Shown in pieces: positions 27,323 to 39,904 of a stretch of DNA of 64,000 nucleotides (position 1 is its first letter; each line of letters starts with the position of its first letter). Under the pieces are notes generated by a model. The model saw only the letters and a list, made by a program, of their open reading frames with translations, was not told where the DNA came from and ran no database searches. Both the position numbers and the translations under genes were made by a program. This DNA is from Octopus sinensis (Eukaryota): NCBI RefSeq assembly GCF_006345805.1, contig NC_043016.1, forward strand, positions 5,084,001-5,148,000. Reading direction: 5' to 3'.

Positions 27323-27431
27323 ATTCCTCCATATTAGCCTATTGTATATGTTCATATATATTGTTTTATTCCTCCATATTAGCCTATTGTATATGTTCAT
27401 ATATATTGTTTTATTCCTCCATATTAGCCTA
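27323..27431 (+). repeat. Perfect 45-bp tandem repeat, ~2.4 copies
   Basis: Unit ATTCCTCCATATTAGCCTATTGTATATGTTCATATATATTGTTTT. Confidence 0.9.
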
Positions 27432-29847
27432 CCACCTCTAAGTACTTACTGAGGTTCATATTATTAAAACCTTAGCACTGACAAAGAGACTCTAGTTAAA
27501 GTTCCTGTCTATTGGTTTTGCCCGACTCTCATTACTAGGAAAGAAAGCTTCCTGTCTGTTTTCACTATTGCAGTGTGTTCTGGTACGGCTATCTACCAAT
27601 CCACACTCTTTCAGTTCTGGTACCTTTTTTGGTAGAAGTTTATGTTTTCAATCCTAACAACACACTCGGATGCAATATTCTTAACCTTCTGTCCATAGAC
27701 CCTATCCACTTGCAAGCTAGACAGCTCATGCCTAATTTGTACTCTGAGACCTGAAATCTGGAAAAGATAATAAACTCGTTTCAACAGCCCAAACTCATAG
27801 TTGCAACACGAGTTTCTTTGCATCGCATCCTTTCTACTCATCAGTGAAACGCAATTAAAGATCTCACAGTCACTACGTAGGCAACTCTCCACAAGCACTG
27901 ATTATTTTCTTTTATAGCAACACCATAACAACTGCACCAGACAGTGTAAGTTTCCACTTTATGGCCAGAAAAAAAAACTCGGGTTTCATCATTTACTGAT
28001 ATTCTATAGAATCCAAATAATATCCCCATTGAAGTACTTTTCACATCTATGGGGCTCCGGGGTAATGGGGCAATACTGCTACTTGGTGCGCTAACACACT
28101 AGGCCACATCCAAACGGAAGCTATCCGGCTGTTGGACAAAACACTTTATTACTTGTCTATTGGCGCTCTGTTTCTTCTCTCAGTGCCTTCTACTGATATT
28201 TGAATTAATTCTGCGCTTCTGAGATATCCTGTTGCACAATGCTTTCATCTGGGTTCACTCCATTTACTCGCTTCTGTTTATCTTATCTTCATTGCTGTCA
28301 ACTCTCCTTTAAGACTCAGACCCTAACTTCTCAAACAAGCAATCATCCGAATTCTTTCACTGAATATGTCTTTAGTACATACATGGACCAAACATCCATC
28401 TCACTAACTTCATCAGGGCTGCATAAATTATGTGCAATGAACCTACCTGAGTGACTAACGTATAAAATATTTTTCAATGTTTTAGCGTATCAATAAGAAA
28501 AACTTGTAATGATATAACCATACAGATCAAAACTTTGGTTACGGTGAGATTTAGAACTGAAATAGTATCTCAGTTTCTGATGATCATTCTACTCGTAGCT
28601 AAAATATTATCTCAACATTTGCTGGCCTCACCTTTTAGAGATGATAATCTACATGAACAACACAAAACATAAAGTAAGGTGGTCTGGCGCGTCCATGACA
28701 AAGATAAGGTAGATTTCTTTGAAATCTCATTTCTTTGTTAAAAACTGGGAAGGAAATGCCAACAGTAATCTAGAGAAGTTGATAAAATGAATACAAAACT
28801 CTTTACATATATGTATGTATGTATGCATGGTGTGTATTGTATGTGTGTGTGTGTGTGTGTGTGTGCGTGTGTGCGCGTGCGCGCATATCGTGATGTGATT
28901 CATAACGATAAGTATATGGGTGAAATATGAGTCCGTAGTCAATTTGTACTAAAGTATTATCTTCACGTTTCTACATCAAACCCTTAATATTGCCAAGCTT
29001 CCGTTGTCTCTTACCTTGTTGATCGTCACGTTTGTTAAACAATATAGGGTTTGTTTTCTTCAAATCTATACGGGAAGTCGATTCAAAAGAACTGAATATA
29101 AAATTCCATGTAGTTTTCTTTCGTGACGTGACTCATCCATTTTTATGGTCTCATCAAGTGAAAACTTTTATTGATTCAGTATATCTGCTATCTTCATCAG
29201 ACCATCTAGTTGTCCATAATCTATTTTTTCTATCTATTCTTCTTTAAATTATTTGGGTGATACATTCTGTGTAACGCCGTACTCAGCAATGGTGTTATAT
29301 TTCTTACTTATTGGGACTATTAATGTTAGGAAGAATAACTTCTAGATATTAGATACAATTCTAGTTTTTGTTAAATAATTTATCCTCAATAAGTTTTAGA
29401 GGAAAAGTTATTGCCATAAATGGATTTATCCACAGTGACAGATAAAAGATGAAATCATTCTTGAGTAAGTAAATATAATTATTAGTTGTATTAGATTTAT
29501 TAATCAAGGGAAACAAAATGATGACACTAACTTGCAGTATTTACTTTCGTTCATCTAAATTCTAATCCCCTGGATCAAATATTCCTTTCATCCTTCACAG
29601 GTCAACGAAATAAACTCCAGTGGAGTTATCTGTTTCTCAAAATGTGTGACCCTTCCTAGAAGTGACTAGATTATATATATATATTATATTCTAACAGGTG
29701 TGGCTGTGTGATAAGACGCTTGCATCTCAACCACATGATTCCGGGTTCATCCCACAGCATGGCAGCTTGGGCCTTGGGTTGAGCAAAGCCTTGAGAGTGA
29801 ATTTGATGAAAAAGAAAACTGGAAAAGCACGTCGTACATATACATAT

Positions 29848-29918
<71 letters not shown>

Positions 29919-30197
29919 AGTAGCACGTGCCTTAATGGTTAAGGTATTCAGTTCAATTCCCGGCGACGCGTTGTGTTCTTGAGCAAGACACTTTATTTCA
30001 CGTTGCTCCAGTCTATTCAGCTGGCCAAAATGTGTTGTACCTGTATTTCAAAGGGTCAGTCTTGTCACACTTTGTGTCACGCTGAATCTCCCCGAGAACT
30101 ACGTTAAGGGTGCACATATCTGTGATTAATTTTAAGAGCAGCCTGTTCCGTGGATTGGATCAAAAGGAACCATCGTCGTCGTAACCGACAGAGAGCT
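29919..30197 (+). mobile_element. tRNA-derived SINE sharing its 3' half with the SINE at 40175-40558
   Basis: CORE-like middle, then TGTACCTGTATTTCAAAG..CCCGAGAACTACGTTAAGGGT..CGTCGTAACCGAC. Confidence 0.75.
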
Positions 30198-30252
30198 CTT
30201 ATTTTATATATGTGTGTGTGTGCATGTATATTTGTGTATGTATGTGAGTATG

Positions 30253-30301
<49 letters not shown>

Positions 30302-30893
30302 GTGTATATGTGTGTGTGGATTTGTGTCTGTGTTTATCTCCCGCCACCGCTTTACAACCGGTGCTAGTGCGTGTATGTCCACACAACTTTGCGGTTCGGC
30401 CTAAAGATAGATAGAGTAAGTACTAGGTTTTAAAAAGTTACTCCTGAGGTCGATTTGCTTCTTTAAAACCCTTCAAGATGGAGCTAAAGCATGGCCAGAG
30501 TCTAATAACAGAAACAACTAAAAGATAAAAGAAACACTATATCTTGCCTTGGAACCTGAGTTCCTGGTGAGATGTAAGAGTGAGAGGTGAAACATATGGC
30601 GTGTCATAGACATCATCAGACCTGGCAGAGCCCCATCTTTACCTGATCGAAAAGACAAAAAGAGAAGAATTGATCACTATATAGTCCTTTATTTATCTAC
30701 AGGGAAACGATGACAAGTTTAATATAGACGAACTGAAACAATTAACACAAGGCGATCTGTCTCTTTAGCAACGCGGCCGTCACCATCTACATACTTCATG
30801 TCAAATAGTATGGCTATATCATTTACGTTATATAATAATATTAAATTATATATATTACATTTCCTTATATTGAAGCACATCCGATTTCATTCG

Positions 30894-30926
<33 letters not shown>

Positions 30927-30977
30927 GCATATATCTATGTATATATATGTGTGTGTGTGTGTGTATTTATAGATATG

Positions 30978-31008
<31 letters not shown>

Positions 31009-31009
31009 T

Positions 31010-31890
31010 ACATTCCCCGTCCCCCTCTTTCTCTCCTCTCCTCTCCTCTCTCATATACCCACCTACCCGCTACCCCTATACACCCCACCCACCACCCCTA
31101 CTCCACCTTCCCTATCCTTCCACCCGCTTCCCTATCTTTTCCACCCTCTTCTCCCACACCCTCCCTTCACACCTCATCCCTATCCCACACCTCTCCCCCA
31201 TATCCCATACCCCTCCCCCACATACCTCACCTCTAACCCAACCCTCTATTTATTCACCACCCCCACTCTACCCCAATCCCCAGCCGAACCCACACCCCAC
31301 CTGTGCTTTCCCCACTCTCGCATCCCCCACCTTCCCACAACATCACACCACACTACACTACACCACACCACAACATCACACCACACTACACTACACCATA
31401 CAACATTACACATCACAACACACCACCCACAGCACACCGCCCACACACCTATCCCCACATCTTTACACCTACACATACATATACATATCACATCACAACA
31501 CACCACCCACATCTCCACACCCACACATACATACACACACACGTCCAGACCACCAGCCCTCTTTCACACGCACATACATACTCTCTTATACACACACGCA
31601 CCTTTGTGTTGGAGGTACCTTCGTTTTGGAAGTCACTTGACCCTGTAATCTCCCCTACTGTCCTTCTCACGTCTGACCACTGTCCGAAGTCAGGACTCCA
31701 TGATAGATCGTTAGCTCCGACACGCATTTTTTTGTCTCCTTGTTTTTCTCTGTGTATCTTTCTGTCAAAGAGCGTAGGCTCGAAACGTAAAAGACTTTTT
31801 CTATTTCTATTCCTGAGCTCTATACTAATACATTTGTTTGTTGTACTCGACCTGCCTTGTCTTTTGTTTATTTTCGTAAACCTTACCGTG
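31010..31890 (+). mobile_element. C-rich low-complexity tract followed by a Penelope-like 3' repeat fragment
   Basis: CT/CA-rich tract 31010-31590; AAGAGCGTAGGCTCGAAACGT motif at ~31768. The family assignment is from memory. Confidence 0.4.
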
Positions 31891-31936
31891 ATAATATATA
31901 ATACATATATATATTATATATATATATATATATATA

Positions 31937-32007
<71 letters not shown>

Positions 32008-32008
32008 G

Positions 32009-32042
<34 letters not shown>

Positions 32043-32658
32043 TATATATACATATCTATATCTTGTTATGTCGAACAACTACTATCACATGTAATAAGAC
32101 AGATTCAGTAATCGGCCGACTCCGTTTTTAAAGGATCACCTGACCGCCTCGTTTCGACTGAGACGAGCAAGTACTTTTTATCTGCCTGGTAGCTATGTCG
32201 AAAGTGGTACTTTGGTAGACGACACTGATAGAATTCAAGACATGCACGTTCGTCTTCGGTCAGTCCTCAGCAATTATTTTAAATTCCACTTAAAAGAGTA
32301 GGCAAAGATAGAGAAGAAGGTACTACTCCAACCACAGTATTTTTGTTGAACATGAGTGAATTTGACGGGGACGGTCAGAATGAGTAGGCCTACTCCGAGC
32401 TTGCGCCTGTAGAGTCAATGGCTGGGAGATGGGGACCTGCTTGTGGTGCTTTTGATAGTCGGGTTTATCTAGAATCGATGGGGGTCCTTGATTATTTCTA
32501 GGTGTTATTCCCCCCTCCTTGGAAATTTGTTTCAATTTTTCATTTTTTATTTTCAATATTTTATTGTTTACACGTGTATATCTAAGTTTCCACTATTCTT
32601 CGTTTTATTTTGTTTTTTTTCCTAAAAGGTCACAAAGAAAGTACTTATTATTATTATT

Positions 32659-35600
32659 ACCCAGAGACCTCAAGAGACAACAGGTTGGAAGTTCTGTGCC
32701 ATATATTTGGGTTTTTTTTCTTTTTTCTTTTTCTTTTTTTGGTGTTGTACTAGTGAATGTCTAATACATAAAAAAAAATAAATAAATAAAAAGTTTGTTT
32801 TAAACCTTGGGATTACATAGAGAGTATTTTGCGTAGGATATGAGCAGTTCCCATGAGCACTATCTTTTGAACTTCTGCCATTTTTGGGTTTCCTGGTATC
32901 TGAGTTAGGTAGCAATCAGTCCCTTTCGCTATCATTCCCAGGGGACCTATGACAACAGGTATTGTTTTAGTCTTCAGCTTCCACATTTTGCTGATTTCTT
33001 TCAAGATCTTTATATTTGCTCAGTTTTTGGTAGGTCTTGACAGATACGTTTATACGATTGGGACAGTCATATCAATGAGGAGGCATGTTCTTTGTCTGAA
33101 GTCTTTCAATATAACGTCTGGCCTATTTGCATCTATCTTCCTGTCAGTTTGAATGGTGAAGTTCCAGAGGAGTGAGATGTGGTCATTTTCAAGCACAGGA
33201 GGTGGATTGTGTTCCCACCAGTTTTTTTCATGGGGCAAATCCAGGTTTTTGCAAATTACCCAGTGAATAATATTGTGCAGCTCTATCATGCCTACTGAGG
33301 TACTCTGTAGGCGCTAGAAGACTGCATTTGGAGACAACATGGTCAATGGTTTCAGTTTGTTGTCGGCATACACGACATGTTGGGCTACTGCCGTTCTTTA
33401 ATATGTTGGCCTGGTAGTTTCTTGTGGTAGGCATTGATCTTGAGCTGCTATGATAAACCCCTCTGTTTCAGATTTTAAGCCAGAGGCCATTAGCCATTGA
33501 TGGGTCAGGGCTTTGTCGATATCTGCATTATTCGCTCTCTTTGGGTATTTGCCATAGAGAGGTTTTCTTGCCATTTATTATTCAGAATATCTAAGGCCGC
33601 AGTTTTGGCACGGGTTTTCATGCGCCTAGCTTTTTCGTGCTTGTTTCTTGTATATCTATCTCTAATTCCGAAATTGGTTGTATTCGGAATTCACTTAGAT
33701 ATTCCTTTGCCTGTTTTGTTACTGAGTATGATGTTTTCTTGTTTTCATGTTTTGAGACAAGTTTTAACATCCAGTCCTCAGAGTTTTTCAGGTAGGTGTC
33801 TAGGCCAATTGTAGCAATCTTCATTGTTATTGCCAGTTGCAAAAGACCACGGACTCCCTCTTTTCTTGGCAGATAGAGTCGTTCTGTATCTGCCTTAGGG
33901 TGGTGCATTCTATGCATTGTCAACAGTTTCCTTATTTTTCTGTCGAGCTGACATATTTCAGTAATTGACCAGTTAACAATATTGAAACTGTAAGTCCCGA
34001 CTGGTATGGCTAATGCATTGATCGCTTCGATCCTGTTTCTTGCATTCAGCTCTGTCTTGAGTATTGCTCTCACTCTTCGATAGCATTCTCTCCTGATCCT
34101 TTCCTTCATCTCTGAATGCCTTATTCCGTTCCCTTCAATTACCCCTAGGTACTTGTAGCTCTCCGCTGGGTCTAGTTCTTTTATGACATTCTGTTGGCAG
34201 GTTTTAACGTTAGATGTTTCTGTCATTTTTCCTTTGATAAAGGTAGCCTTTGCACATTTATCGAGGCCGAATTGCATTCTGATGTCGTCACTGAATTGTT
34301 TGACTATCGCTAGTAAGCCCTTGAGTTGTTGATCATTTTTTGCAAAAAGCTTTAAATCATCATTGTGTAAACGAGGTGATTTATATTTTTATCAAACATT
34401 TATCCCGCACTGCGCGCATTGAGCAGCTTTGAGAGAGGTATTAAGGATAAACAAAAGAGGAGTGGTGACAGTGAGTCACCCTGGAAAATGCCACACGAAA
34501 TTTTTACATCACCAGCATTTAGGGATTCATTGTCACTGTTCAGAGTTAGTGTGGTTCTCCATGATCTCATACTTACAGTCAAGAAGTTTCGCAGAGTAGG
34601 TGCTATCTTATACATTTCCAGGCATTTCCTAATCCAGCTATGTGGTAGGCTATCAAAAGCCCTTTTATAGTCTATCCAGGCTATTGATAAGTTTTTGTGT
34701 CGTTTGTGACAATCTTCTAAGATCATCTTATTGATGAGTAGTTGGTCTTTACAGCCGTAGGATCCACGTTTACATCCTTTCTGTTCATTAGGGAATATGC
34801 TGCGTCTGTTAAAAAAACTATAGGTATATTCCGTCAGGACAGATGTTAGTGTTTTGTACATAGTTGTTAAGCAGGTTATGGGTCTATAGTTTTTGGTTCA
34901 TTTGTTTCTTCACTTTTTGGAAGCAGGAATGTTAACCCATTAACTAGCCAAGGAGGCATCCTACTAGGGTGTTGCAAAACATCATTGTACAGTTCTGTTA
35001 GCAGTTCATGGCTCTCTGGGAAGACATTCAGCCAGAAGTTAGGAATTTTATCCTTTCTTGGAGACTTCCATTTGCTTGACCTCCTGAGAGCAGATCTTAT
35101 ATCTTCTACACCCTCCCACTTTTGCTCTTCTAAGGGGTCCAGTTCTGTAGATATTCTGTCAATCCAAGGGGGCCTTTTCGTTGTGTGTTTTTTCTTCTGC
35201 CCAGATTTTATTCCAGAATCCCTGCACTTCTTCTTTTGATGGTACAGACCTTGCAGTAAACGCTGTTTTTCCTATCTTCCTGTAAAAATTCTTGGTGTTA
35301 TTTTTGAACATGTTGTTGTCCTTGAAAAATCTAACACGCTTTTCATACCTCGCTATGCGGGCAGCTTTGGCAGATACCTTTTGTTTGATGGTTTCTATGG
35401 TGGCATCAATATCAAGTATAGTTTTCATATTGTATTTTTTCAGTAATTTTGGGGTTTTTGTAGGTTTGGTAGTCTTGTGAGCCTTAAGTTTTTCAAATAT
35501 TCAATGTCAGATCTAAATATTTTAATTTGTTGTTGCAGACGCTCTTGCCAAGAAGGCTTTTGTGGGAATGTTGCCGTTTTCTAATCTTTACACCACATAG

Positions 35601-36156
35601 GATCGTTGAGATTTTCGCGGATGCATAGTATAGGTGGTTGAGGTTTGTGATATCAACATCATTAGCTGAAATTATATCCTTAAGTGCAAGCCGGATTTTA
35701 CCAATTATTTTCATGTTTTGGTTAGAGTTGCGGATTTTAGGAAGTGTATCACGTTCATCCATGCTGGTTTCTTTAATTTTCAGCCATTCGATCATGATTT
35801 GATTTTTTTAGCTCATAGTGTCGTTTGTTGGGTCAATATTTGTGTGACTTTCTTTATCTATTTGATGCTCATCTGTCTTAGTGTTTATGATTGGTTCAGG
35901 GAGTATTTCACTTTGCCTATCACTTATACTAACTCTTTCAATCCTCTCTCGTTTTTATCAGCCCTGGGCTGGTCTATAATTATTTCCTCTGTATTATCTT
36001 CTCTAGCTGCAGCTTCGTTCATTTTATCCGATATTGCTTGTCTAACCTGATCAATTTCTACTTCAGTCAGTATTTTTTTTTATAATGTTTCTTCTGACGT
36101 TGGCCAAGTTTGTTACTGTCTATGTAGGGTCTTATTCAGGGTGTTTCTGTTTAGTA
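32659..36156 (-). mobile_element. Near full-length (~3.5 kb) but frameshifted R4/Dong-type retrotransposon
   Basis: N-terminal region, RT (CGIFQGDSLSPLLFC, DDLKLFA), CRVCRQQTETIDHVVSKC, ANRPDVIL, KYKDLE. Split over at least 7 ORFs. (AAT) arrays at both ends. Confidence 0.92.
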
Positions 36157-36235
36157 TATTATTATTATATTATTATTATTATTTTATTATTATTATCATT
36201 ATTATTATTTTATTATTATTATTATTATTATTATT

Positions 36236-36279
<44 letters not shown>

Positions 36280-36415
36280 TCATTATCATCATCATCATCA
36301 TCATCATTATCATCATCATCATCATCATCCTCATCATTATCATCTCATCATCATCATCATCATCATCATCATTATCATTATTAATTATTATTATATTATT
36401 ATTATTATTATTATT
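36157..36415 (+). repeat. (ATT)n/(ATC)n compound array separating two retrotransposons
   Basis: Direct inspection. Confidence 0.95.
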
Positions 36416-39400
36416 GTCATTGCCTTTGCACAGCTTCTAACACTGGAGATGTACTACGGTGTCAGTTGTTCACTACCAGTGAACTACCCCTTAATTTTCG
36501 AGCACCTTCCGGAGTATTCAAGCGGTTTCAAACAGTGCTGTTTTCTGCAAGTGCTCCACACTTATTGCAGCCTCTATTTGTTCCACGTACTTCTCAAGAT
36601 TTTTGCTTACTCTTCCCAAGGCTCTGATAATTATTGGTACTACTGCTACCTTTTTCCTCGGATACAACTGCTGAACTTCCCAAGCTAACCTGTCATATCT
36701 ATCGACTTTCCTTTGTTCCTTATCGCATACCTTGTTGTCAGCTGGGGGCATGCTATATCTATGATCCAGTATAGTTTTTTTTTCTTTCTCAATTAAGACT
36801 ATGCCCGGCTTCCTATTCTTTATCTCATTGCCGCCCTGAATCATAAAATCCCATAGGATCTTTGCATTATCATTTTCGATGATGCCTTCAGGTTTGTGGT
36901 CGTACCAATTGTTTGCTCTGTCAAGTCCATATTTGTTGCAAAGTGTCCAATGGACAATCCATGATATATTGTCATAGCGACTCTTGTATTCTTTCCGAGC
37001 TAGTGGCGTACATTGGCTGGTAATATGCCATACGGTTTCACCATTTTGTCCACAAATTCTGCATTACCACTTTCTGATGCGTTGTCTCTTCTGTGTTTGA
37101 TGTAGTTGGTTCTTATTGCTTGTTCTTGGGCAGCACAGATTAGAGCCATCTTTTCTCTCTGTCTGCTTTATCTTCAATATCCCTATGAAATTGTCCATGT
37201 ATTCTTTTCTTAACCCACCTATTTTCAGTTTCATTCATTCTCAAGTCCTTGTATAGTGCTTTATCTTTGCAATCTTCCACCCTACACAAGCCTGGCCTTA
37301 TTTCCTATAATAGCGCTTCTGTGGCATTTTTTACATACCATGCTATGTTGTTTTTTCTACTCTAATCCTGTGTTCGCATCCAATAAGTACTCTTCCCCCT
37401 CCTTTTCTTGATACATACAGTCTGTGTCACTTTTTGGGTGGTGTATCCCCATATCTTGTCAGCAACGTCCTTGCCTTTCTGTCTAAGCAGTCTAGTTACT
37501 CTACTCTCCATGCGATTACCTGTGCTCCATATCTAAGTAGTGAAACCGACCAAGTGTTGATAACTTCGATCTTATTCCGTCCGTTTAATTTCGACTTAAG
37601 GATCAGTCTCAATCTGCGCAAATACTCCACCTTAAATTTTCTGTCATTTCTTTCTTCATCAATTTATCCATTTCCAAAATCCCCAAGTACTTATAGCCCG
37701 GCTCTTCTATCTGCTTCATAACCTCCCCCGATAGTATCACTATCCCGTCCATGCATTTGATTTTGTCTCTCTTCAAGACTAATACACCACACTTTTTCAG
37801 TTCGAACTCCATTCTAATATCAGCACTGAAGGTATACACCGTATCAACGAGGGAGCTGACTTGGGCTTCATTTTTACCATAAAATCTGAAGTCATCCATG
37901 GATAACAAGTGCTTGATTTTTTTTATGGCGGCTCTTGAATACATGCCCAGCTTTTGCTTTCCTCGGAATCAATGTTAGTGATATCAATCACAATACAAAT
38001 ATCAGTGGGGACAGGCAGTCCCCTTGGACGATGCTTCTCCCGATGTCTATTGTCCCTAAATTTCTTCCATATGCTATCAGTTTCGTCCTCCACTTTGCGA
38101 TACTTTTTCCAAACAATCTCTCTACATTTGATGCAATATCAAATAGGTTCATACACTCCATGATCCAAGAATGTAGGATCATATCGTACGCCTTACGATA
38201 GTCGATCCAATACGTGGCTTAGTTACTTTTTCTCCTCTTGCAGTTTCTAAATACAGCTTTGTCTACTAGGAATTGATTCTTGTTACTTCTGCACTTACAC
38301 TTGCAACCCTTGTGCTCATGTGGCAGGACTCCATTTTTTTCCAGATGTTCGGACATTGACTCTGCGAGTTTTCCAGTCAATAACTTCCACATAAGTGGCA
38401 AACAGGATATCGGCCTGTAATTGCTTACTCTATTGCCTTTTTCGATGTTTTTCAAGCACAGAAGTGTCCTACACACTGTCAACCACTTTGGTGTTACTTG
38501 GCCGACATCTAACAAGATGTTGAGTTTCGTAGCTATTTATGCATGACATTCACTAAATCTTTTTATCCAGTGGCCTTGAACTCCATCTGGTCCCGGGACC
38601 TTCCAGTAGCCCATTTTTTTTTCGCCGATTACCTTCACTTCCCTAACTGAACTAGTTCTGTCTTTTTGGGGCAAACTACTGTTTGTTTTAGTTCTTGCAA
38701 CTATTCAGCACCCTTCTTGTGCTTCTTGTCTTTGCTCCAGATGTCACTCCAAAACCTTTGACTTTCAATGTTATCTGGTATCAACTTTCCATCTGTACAC
38801 CCTCCATTTATTTCTTTGTAGAATCTCTTCTGATCTACTCTGAATAACCTATTCTGGTAGCAACCCTTCATTCTTTAGACGTATCTTACCATCTTTGCTT
38901 TCTTTGCAACGAGACGCTGTTCCAGTTCCTCCACTACTACTTTCAGGCCCTTTCTGTCTATATTACACTTCCTTTTCAGCGCCCTGTATTTTTGTTCGCT
39001 TTTAAGTTCCCCTTTCTCTTTTCGGTCTAACACAGAGTTTTCCTTCGAGAGCATGTTTAACCCTGCCTAGATTCTTCTTTTCCACCATGGATCCTTTCTT
39101 TTGTCACTCCCATTACGTTTCTCATGTTTTCTGCTACAACAATACTTGCTGCCTTCATCAAATTATTAGTTTCTGTGATATTTTTTATTCTGATGTATTT
39201 CAGAATATCATTGACATTTTTCGTTTCTTGGTTCATCTTCAACCGGTCAATCTTTTTAATGTTGCAAATAATGTTGCTATCGTTCTCCCGTAGCCTTGCC
39301 TTTATTCTGTCGTAGATTGCCTTTTGCCCCTCTGTCATGTCGCCATCAGTATTATGGTCTTCTTCCAAACCATCTATATGTCTCTCATCGAGCAAGCTAT

Positions 39401-39900
39401 CACTGTCCCCTTTCTAGTGCTTTATTAGGCATTTCACCTCTGTTTTCTGCTATGAGATTATTTTTATCAGTAGGAACTGTATTTTGATCTTTTCCTCCGC
39501 TGCTGTTTTCCAATACCCGTCTTTTGATAGCTTCGAGCTCTACTTCTGTGAACCAAAGTTTTTTTCTTATTGCTCTAGCTTGATCACATAATCTCTGTTC
39601 CATGAGTTGAAACAATTCACTTTCTCTTCTTTTATTATACATACGTTGTCGGTGTCCCCTAAGGTGAACACCATTTTTGTCTGCAGGGCTACTCAAGTTG
39701 TAAAACTCCATGACCACAGCATTGACGTGTTTGTTCCATCTACTTTATGTGTGCTGGTCCCTAGCTGGATAATGACAGGCTGGAGACGGACCAGTATCTC
39801 TGAGCCAGCCGGATGCAACACTGTCACCATCAAGGGTGTGTGTTTTCATTGTCACTCATGTGAGAAAGCGATCATCAGGTTGCGTAGATTAGACTATTGG
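36416..39900 (-). mobile_element. Near full-length, degraded R4/Dong-type retrotransposon of a different lineage
   Basis: EQRLCDQARAIRKKLWFTEVELEAIK; NYRPISCLPLMWK; SIVQGDCLSPL; HLLSMDDFRFYG; YKYLGILE; REL remnant EHLQKTAL. Confidence 0.9.
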
Positions 39901-39904
39901 AAAA

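Noticed and set aside
27600-28450. Degraded RTE/CR1-like coding fragments on the minus strand
   Set aside because: Only faint motif resemblance (e.g. VRWMFG); too decayed to call.
28632-29093. Candidate minus-strand exons (17-nt 28632-28648; ~29017-29093) with good splice signals
   Set aside because: Joined, they stop after a few codons and show no homology. They could be chance sites or UTR exons, which is unsupported without RNA data.
30798-31648. Long His/Thr/Pro-rich ORFs
   Set aside because: Arise from a C-rich CA/CT low-complexity tract; no splice or start context.
32659-39900. Active autonomous retrotransposons
   Set aside because: Both near-full-length copies have multiple frameshifts and stops.
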